A program made the translations under genes and the position numbers. From assembly GCA_010093745.1 (NCBI GenBank), contig MU005963.1:144217-208216 (forward strand): a stretch of DNA of 64,000 nucleotides. The letters are read 5' to 3'. Below the pieces are notes generated by a model, which saw only the letters and a list, made by a program, of their open reading frames with translations, was not told where the DNA came from and ran no database searches. Of the stretch, positions 57,147 to 64,000 are shown in pieces (within the stretch, counting starts at the first letter, position 1; each line of letters starts with the position of its first letter). Source of the stretch: Piedraia hortae CBS 480.64 (taxonomy: Eukaryota).

Positions 57147-58613
57147 TTAAAGCTGCCTAGACCCAATGCTAACGTCCAACCGGGAGATGAGGTAGCTCGC
57201 AGAGAAGATGGCAATCATTGTCGCAAAGATGGAGAGAGGCTTGCGCAGTTGGCCGGAGAGGGGATAATCGTAGCGTACGACTAGCTCGCCTTCCATTTCA
57301 TCGACGACATTTTTCGCCTCGACGGTAACCGTTGTACGCCCGACGGTGTCTAAAAAGGTCCTGTACAGTCCCGTGCGGTTATTCGTCGTGGGGACTTGGG
57401 TCTCGTACTCGACGTTTCTATCTCATTAGCTTCTCATTTACACCATCGTAGGCAAAACGTACCGAGCACCCTCCGGGAGAATCACGGTGGTGACTATTTT
57501 CTCATAAGCCACGCCCTCGGCCTGACGCGGTCCCTCAAAGAATGGAATCTTCAAAACGTAACCGCTTCCAGCGTGACGGAGGAATTTGCCAAGCTCATTG
57601 TTCCACCCCACCCGGAAACTATACTTCCACGCGCCAAAAAGCGGATACCGCGGCCGTATGTCTATTGTGGACGCTCTTGAATCAGCACGGAAGTTTGATG
57701 TTGATACATTGCCAATGTCGTCGACAAAGTAGGCGTCTGAGCTACCGGGAGCGAGGACGAAGTGCATTTCTTTGAGTGCACTAATGGCTGGGTTGAAAAA
57801 GGCGCTTTTTTGGTAGGAGACGCGGCTAAAGTGGTTCTTTAGAGACGCGGCACGGTTGGTCAGCCAGAAGCGTTCTTCAGTAGCCATGTTGCCGCCCCAA
57901 TGCGATACTTCAGCCTCGCGCTCCAACAGCGTGCAGTACGTCAGCGGCTTGGTAAATTCATACCGCACACTGACCTCGTGTTGCTTTCCAGCCTCGACGT
58001 TCTCAAATGGGCCATATGTAAACGCCGTGCCTTGCTTCTGCGGACTCTCCTCGCTGCCGACTTTGAGAGTTGTCACGTCTGGGGCATCCGTCGTGGGCAG
58101 CTTCAGCTTCGTCTTTTGCTTTGCAGTCGTGTAGGTGCTAGGGGCGTAGGCGGAAAATTTGTGCACCACGTATTGCTTATCGGACTGGTCGATTTGTGCC
58201 GGCAGCGGCTGGAGAGCGCCGAGGACGTAGTATGAGATGGAAAGCGTCACTTGACCCTTTGGCGGTACTGGGTCCGGCAGCGAGATCTTGTAGTAATCCG
58301 ACCCCCAAATTTCGGCGAAGAAGGTTCCCCGCCCGGTGTCCTTCTTGTCTTTGGCGGTAAACCCGCCGACGCGGTCTAGCGTCCCCGGCTCGAAGCGCAG
58401 GTAATAGTCCCAGTGGGAGGTAGAATCGACATTTTCAGCTATGACATTGACCGTTTCCCGCGCATAACTCTTGTCCAAGTTGACGTTTCGCACGAGATTG
58501 ACGTTGCGCCAGTGTTGTAGCGGGGCAGACACGGGGATCGGGGAGTGAACGTGTAAACTACTGTTGAATTCGGCCGCGGCGACAGCCAGCAGCGGCCACA
58601 GGAACAACCGCAT
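57147..58613 (-). CDS. OST1: Oligosaccharyltransferase alpha subunit (ribophorin I); intron 57462-57418
   Basis: Signal peptide MRLFLWPLLAVAAA, EVSHWGGNMATEE, DDIGNVSTSNFR, RPRYPLFGAWKY, ILPEGAR|NV, FLDTVGR, C-terminal TM helix. Confidence 0.94.
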
Positions 58614-58683
58614 GGTTGGTGGTTGCGGTGGTGGAAGTGAAGACGTGGCAGCAGAATCCGGAAGGTTTGCCGAAGCCACCACA

Positions 58684-60841
58684 ATGTTGCGCACCGTAGC
58701 AGCGTCGGGCAGAAGATGGGTCGCTAGCAGAAGATGGATATCTAATTATCAGGTCTCGGAAGAGGTGCAGCAGGCTATCGCAGAGCATCGTCCCGTTGTT
58801 GCCCTTGAATCCACCATCTACACTCATGGCTTTCCATATCCCGATAACCTAACACTTGCCAAACGACTAGAGTCACTTGTACGTTCTAATGGAGGTGTGC
58901 CAGCAACTATTGCCATTTTGGATGGAATTGCAAGGGTGGGCTTGTCCCCAAACGAACTCGAACAGCTCGTCAACCGTCCTGCACTCAAAGTCTCGCGAAG
59001 AGACTTGGGCTTTGCCTGTGCCTTGACTGCTCCCGATGGCAGACGGATGAATGGAGGGACAACAGTATCAGGAACCATGATCCTGGCCCATCGAGCAGGG
59101 ATTCGTATCTTTGCTACTGGAGGCCTTGGGGGCGTACACCGCGGCGGGGAGGTGACCATGGACGTCTCAGCAGACCTTACAGAGCTTGGCCGGACACCAG
59201 TTGCTGTTGTCAGCTCCGGGTGCAAATCGTTTCTGGACATTCCTCGCACACTAGAATATCTAGAAACTCAAGGCGTAGCTGTGGCTACTTTTGCTCAGGG
59301 TAGGAAGGATGTAGATTTTCCCGCTTTCTACACCCGCGAGAGCGGGATAGCGTCTCCTAATATCATTCGAGATGAAAAAGAAGCAGCTGCCGTGGTGCAC
59401 GCCCATCTCTCTCTCGGCTTGCAATCGGGCCTACTCTTTGCAAATCCCATCCCAGAACAGCATTCCATTCCGCTAGCCGATATGGAGGTTGCCATTGCAG
59501 AGGCATTGAGAGAGGCCCCTAGTGGTGCCTCCAGTACGCCCTATATCCTCGCCAAAATCTGCAGTCTCACAGGCAGCAAAAGTCAGGAAGCCAATATTGC
59601 TCTTGTCGAGGACAATGTCATCCGCGGTGCCAAAATGGCAGTTTCTCTGGCCAAACTAGAGCAGTACGTCTTTTCATAAAGTTTCGAACGGTGCTCAGTG
59701 TGTTAGGGAAAGCAGCAGTGCTGCCATCAACTCCATCAACAACACCCCCAACCAACCCCCACCCCTCCAAACAGCAAGCATCTTCGTCGTAGGCAGCATA
59801 AACCTCGACACGATCTGCACGCTCCCATCCTCCCCAGAATTCCACACCTCCAACCCCTCCAAAATGCACACCTCCCTCGGCGGGGTGGGATATAACATCG
59901 CTCTCTCCGCTCACTTGACCGGCGGTAGTGTCCTCCTTTGCAGCGCTCTCGGCGACGATCCCTTGGGAACCTCCACCCTCACCACCCTCCAAAACTCCAC
60001 CCTCCCAACCACCTGTATCGCCATCCTCCCCGGCTTGCCTACATGTCGCTACATAGCCCTCAACAACCCCGATAATTCCCTCCTCCTCGCAACAAGCGAT
60101 ACATCCCTTCTCTCCCAAACCCTCAATATCTTCCACGAAATCTGGCTCCCCGCCCTACAGTCCCACAAACCAAGCCACATTGTGCTCGACGCGAACCTCC
60201 CCCCCGAAGTCCTACAACTCTGGCTTGCAGCAGCGAGAGCCCTAAACGCGCATATAACCTTCGAGCCGGTCAGCACGACCAAGGGGTGTGCGCTCTTTAC
60301 CCAAAATTTGACTGTCTACCCGGACCACACCATAGATCTCATCACCCCTAATGGACAAGAACTTACCGCTATGCACTCCGCCGCGAGAAAAAGCGGCCTC
60401 TTTGAGAGAAAGGACTGGTGGGAAGTGATCAACGCGCTCGGCATCCCCCCATCGAGTGGGGCGAGGGAGTTGAAGGCACTTAGCAGTGAAAGCCTCGTGG
60501 AGAGGGGTGTTCCGCAGCAGTGTATCCAGCTCCTGCCGTTTTTTCCAACGGTTTGTGTGAAGTTGGGGGGGGAGGGGGTGCTTGTTGTGCGGTTGGTAAG
60601 CCATGACAAGGGGAAGGGATTGGGTTACGAAATGAGACTTTTCCCACCCCCGGACGTGGAGAGGGCGAGGAGTGTTAATGGTGCTGGGGACGCGTTTGTG
60701 GGGGTTTTGGTTCGGGAGTTGAGTGAGGGTAGGAGTGTGGTGGAGGGGATGCCGATGGCGTTGAGGGCCGCGGGGGTTACGTTGGAGACGGAAGGAGGAG
60801 TGGGGGATTTGAGGGTTCTGAATTATGAGAGGGGGGGTTGA
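58684..60841 (+). CDS. Bifunctional pseudouridine-5'-phosphate glycosidase (PsuG/IndA) - PfkB-family pseudouridine kinase; intron 59664-59706
   Basis: PVVALESTIYTHGFPYP, GGTTVSGTM, FATGGLGGVHRG, DVSADLTEL; after a 43-nt intron IFVVGSINLD, GGVGYNIA, VKLGGEG, SVNGAGDAFVG. Confidence 0.92.
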
Positions 60842-60980
60842 TTGTGTGGAGGTGTATGGATGTCGTCTGGTAATATGTGCACTGTGAAGATAAAATGGGG
60901 ACTTTTACATCTCTTCGATCTTTTACGTCTGTGAACTGCCCCCCTCACCCATCCTTCTCCATAAACCAACATCACCCATC

Positions 60981-63900
60981 CTAGTATCCTCTCCTCCTCC
61001 CTCGTCCCCTCTCATTTTTCTCCCTTTTCTTATTCTTCTCCCGCTCCCTCTTCCTCCTCTTCAACTCCCCCACCTTTACCGGGTCCGTAACAGCCTCAAT
61101 GCGTCTCTTCTGCCTCCGTTCATCCCTCCTCTCCCTCGCTTGCGCAGTAGCGATCCTCATCGCATTATTAAACCCTTCTGCCCCACCAGTAGCCTTTGTC
61201 CTCAACAAATCCAAAATTTCATGTGCGAGCGCGACGATGGGTTTATAACTCCCTGGCAAGGCGGCAACGGGGCTGGTTAGGGCTAGTAAAGGGCGGAGGA
61301 GAGCTGCCCCATCGCTGAGATTGACACCCTCACTCCCAGTGAGGTTATCGGTCTCACTTTCAGCCTGCGGAGCGTCTTGTTCAGTCTGCGGAGCATCCTT
61401 CCCTCCCAAATTGATAGCTCTTTGCGAAGCCTTAACCACATCCCTGAACGTTGTCCCTGCCGCCTCCTTGGTCGAGACAGTGACGGTCTCATCGACAAGC
61501 ACCCTCCCCAGCGGGAGCAGGAGGGGTTCCTCCACCCCGATTCCATTGAGGGAGAAGATCTTTCCGAGGAAGACGATGAGTTGGTGTACCGTCTCGCTTT
61601 CGGAGGAGTCGGTGGAGGGAAGGGCAAGCAGCCCTTTTTCCGCATACATTCGCATCTCCCCTTCTGTAATTTCCAACCCTCCCTGACTTAGCGGAAGCGC
61701 CGCCAAATCACACCCACGCCTCGCAAAATGGGAGAGATATAGAATCGTCAACCGCGCCGCGAGTGTCGTCCCCTCCGCAAACCACTCCGGGAGTTGTTTC
61801 CACAAGGGTGCTGCCTCCCTCGCGAAAGCAATCTCAGGATACGTTTCCACGAGAACGATCAGCGTCTCTAGCGCGGTAGCATCCCCGTCCCTTGACAGAA
61901 CCCCCTCCAGCTTGTGACGAAGTTCCTTTACCTCCTGGATGGGAACTTCCACCGTGCGAAGAAGAGCCATCCACGTCTTCACCGCCGCATTCCTCACCGC
62001 AGTGTTGTCACTTCCCATCCACTCTCTCATCGTGTCAAGCAACTCACTCTTCCTCCCCGTCAGGGTATAAACCTTTCCGATCAACGCGCCGGCCATATCC
62101 CTACACACCTCCTCCGAGTCGCCGTTGTGGGTTAATTGTAATGACACAAAAAGCGTAAACGCCAACTTATCAATCTCCTCACCCGACAGCTTTCCCAGCA
62201 GGGTATGCATAACCTCCATCACACTAATCCTCCCACTCGCGTGATTATAGCTTAGATTAGTAGTTAGAAATGCTATGCATTTCTTCCACCTCTCACTCCC
62301 CATCGGGTAGTTTAGTATAAAAATCGTATACACGCTTCGCGCGCTTGCTCGGATTTCTGCATCGGGGTTGACGATCGCTACTTCGCCGACAGTGTCCATG
62401 CACTCGTACACCTCGGGCGTTACGATTTTTCGGGATAACACCGTGCGGAGGAATTTGTAGACCATTCCCTGGTCGTCAGGGCTGTCGAGGGAGGTTGAGA
62501 GGGTTTTAAGGATTTGGGCTAGTTTTTTGGGTGGAAGGGTGTAACTTTTTTCGCGGAGAAGGGAGGTTAGGAGTTCGAGACCCGCTCGCGCAGAGGGGGA
62601 GCTCATGCTTGGTGAACCCAGGATTGTGGCTACGGCTTCGCTTGCGTAAACTGGGAGTGCGGGTTCGAGTTCGGGTAATGGTAAAAGGAGGAGGGTGGAG
62701 AGGAGTTTCATGGAGGCAATTTTGACGTCCTCGTGCCCTTCGACTAAGGCGTCGCCAACTACGGGGAGGAAGGCGGACATGTTGGAGGCGGTGAGGAGGG
62801 CGGGGTGCCGACGGGTTGTTTTTTGGATTAGATTTAGTGCGAAGGCGACGAGTTTGTGTTGTTGAGATGAGGTCGTTGTGGGTGTGGATTTGGCGGGCTG
62901 TTTGATTAGGAAACGGCGGGCTTTGGCATCGGGTTCTTTCTGGGCGCGGGAGGAGGTTTCATTGTAGGCCCCTCGGATGATTTCGTGGGAGAAGACTAGG
63001 ATATCCCTCGTCCCGGCCACGGCGTTTTGGTCGATTCCCTTGCGCAGACGGGAAAGCACTTCATCTATCTTGTTGAGCATGCGTGAGTCTAGCTTCTCGC
63101 CGAGAAGTGCACATATCGGCTTGACGAGCAGCCACAGCTTACCAACCGGTGTAAATTTTGCCAGCAGTTCGATAGTGTTAAAACTCTTCCCAGCTTTGAC
63201 TTCTAGCTTCGCACTCTTGTACTCCTCCGCGTCTTTCTCTTGCCCAACAGTACCAAAAATGTCATCCATAACAATCGACATCAAATCTGACAGACACGGA
63301 TCCAAGTCTCCGGGCTGACACGTCTCACACAACTTCACCAGCAGCGAGTGAACCGTAAAAGACAGCACATGCAGCTGATATCCCCTCTGCAACGCCCTCT
63401 TCAGCTCCCTCACCACAAAAGTCAAATAAGCCGGTCCCAGCAGCGACAGGATCGTAGCGAGCGTCTTTCTCGCCTCATCGCGCGCCTCCTGCGCCTTACT
63501 CCGTAGAACCTGACACACATCCGTCAGCAACGGCGTCAGTCTCGTCTCCACCTCATCCTCCGGCAACAACAACATCAACTTCACAATCGAAACCGCAACC
63601 GGCATCCTCCGATCAACAGTCGACTCATCCGTGTGATGAACATACGCCAACAACGGCGGCAAAAACTCTTCCGTCACAACCCTCGAACGATCCCCCTTAG
63701 GCATAGCATCAACCAACGCCCCAATAACCCTCAACACCACTTTCTCCATTTCCATCTTCGAGATAAACCCAATATACCTCCTAAACGTTGCCCGAAAAAC
63801 CTGCCAGTTGAGCGACGCACCCAACGCCCCAATCGTAATCACACTCTGATCCGCGAGCGTCCGTCCGCTATCCCCCTCCGCGGGATCAAACACAAAATTC

Positions 63901-64000
63901 TCAACCAGCGGCAGCCAAAATTTTGCCACATTACCCGAACTTATCTTTTCCGCGGCGTCAGCCAGTCTCCTCAACGCCCGCAACCTCCGGTGCGTCTGAA
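60981..64000 (-). CDS. UTP20: 3' part of SSU processome HEAT-repeat protein Utp20 (partial, enters from window edge)
   Basis: LRSKAQEARDEARKTL, LQRGYQLHVLSFTVHSLL, DDIFG..GQEKDAEEY, YNHASGRISVME, basic C-terminal tail. Confidence 0.92.
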   Translation of the reverse strand, partial: QTHRRLRALRRLADAAEKISSGNVAKFWLPLVENFVFDPAEGDSGRTLADQSVITIGALGASLNWQVFRATFRRYIGFISKMEMEKVVLRVIGALVDAMPKGDRSRVVTEEFLPPLLAYVHHTDESTVDRRMPVAVSIVKLMLLLPEDEVETRLTPLLTDVCQVLRSKAQEARDEARKTLATILSLLGPAYLTFVVRELKRALQRGYQLHVLSFTVHSLLVKLCETCQPGDLDPCLSDLMSIVMDDIFGTVGQEKDAEEYKSAKLEVKAGKSFNTIELLAKFTPVGKLWLLVKPICALLGEKLDSRMLNKIDEVLSRLRKGIDQNAVAGTRDILVFSHEIIRGAYNETSSRAQKEPDAKARRFLIKQPAKSTPTTTSSQQHKLVAFALNLIQKTTRRHPALLTASNMSAFLPVVGDALVEGHEDVKIASMKLLSTLLLLPLPELEPALPVYASEAVATILGSPSMSSPSARAGLELLTSLLREKSYTLPPKKLAQILKTLSTSLDSPDDQGMVYKFLRTVLSRKIVTPEVYECMDTVGEVAIVNPDAEIRASARSVYTIFILNYPMGSERWKKCIAFLTTNLSYNHASGRISVMEVMHTLLGKLSGEEIDKLAFTLFVSLQLTHNGDSEEVCRDMAGALIGKVYTLTGRKSELLDTMREWMGSDNTAVRNAAVKTWMALLRTVEVPIQEVKELRHKLEGVLSRDGDATALETLIVLVETYPEIAFAREAAPLWKQLPEWFAEGTTLAARLTILYLSHFARRGCDLAALPLSQGGLEITEGEMRMYAEKGLLALPSTDSSESETVHQLIVFLGKIFSLNGIGVEEPLLLPLGRVLVDETVTVSTKEAAGTTFRDVVKASQRAINLGGKDAPQTEQDAPQAESETDNLTGSEGVNLSDGAALLRPLLALTSPVAALPGSYKPIVALAHEILDLLRTKATGGAEGFNNAMRIATAQARERRDERRQKRRIEAVTDPVKVGELKRRKREREKNKKREKNERGRGRRRGY

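Noticed and set aside
1..64000. CRISPR arrays, rRNA, tRNA, prokaryotic operons or defence systems
   Set aside because: The sequence is intron-containing fungal DNA; I saw no repeat-spacer array or recognisable structural RNA gene by eye (no covariance search was run).

Overview
Eukaryotic DNA from a very compact filamentous-ascomycete (Pezizomycotina) genome; a Dothideomycete-like origin is my inference only. Introns are mostly 43-77 nt with GT...CTRAC...YAG signals and intergenic gaps are often <300 bp. About 25 conserved genes are recognisable: RACK1 3' end, ORM1, Air1/2-like, wetA, SDH5, PhyH dioxygenase, CASC3-like, NBR1, APC1, NUP37, GTPBP2, DUF1115-like, a C2H2 factor, AFG1, GCD6, Ariadne, HRP1, GYP1, DCD1, ATG7, CWF19L1, OST1, a pseudouridine glycosidase-kinase fusion and the UTP20 3' part. 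Two gene-poor accessory islands interrupt them. Island 1 (~13.3-22.9 kb) holds a Lys/Ala-rich ORF, a disrupted ubiquitin-specific protease and a PD-(D/E)xK-like nuclease/coiled-coil gene split by one in-frame TAG. Island 2 (~38.3-42.9 kb) holds a decayed hAT transposon whose transposase resembles oomycete hATs as I recall them. The most striking unexplained signal is a kilobase-scale wave of strand asymmetry: C/A-rich blocks flip abruptly to G/T-rich blocks inside many genes, on either strand. All product calls come from motif recognition by eye; no database search or base count was run.
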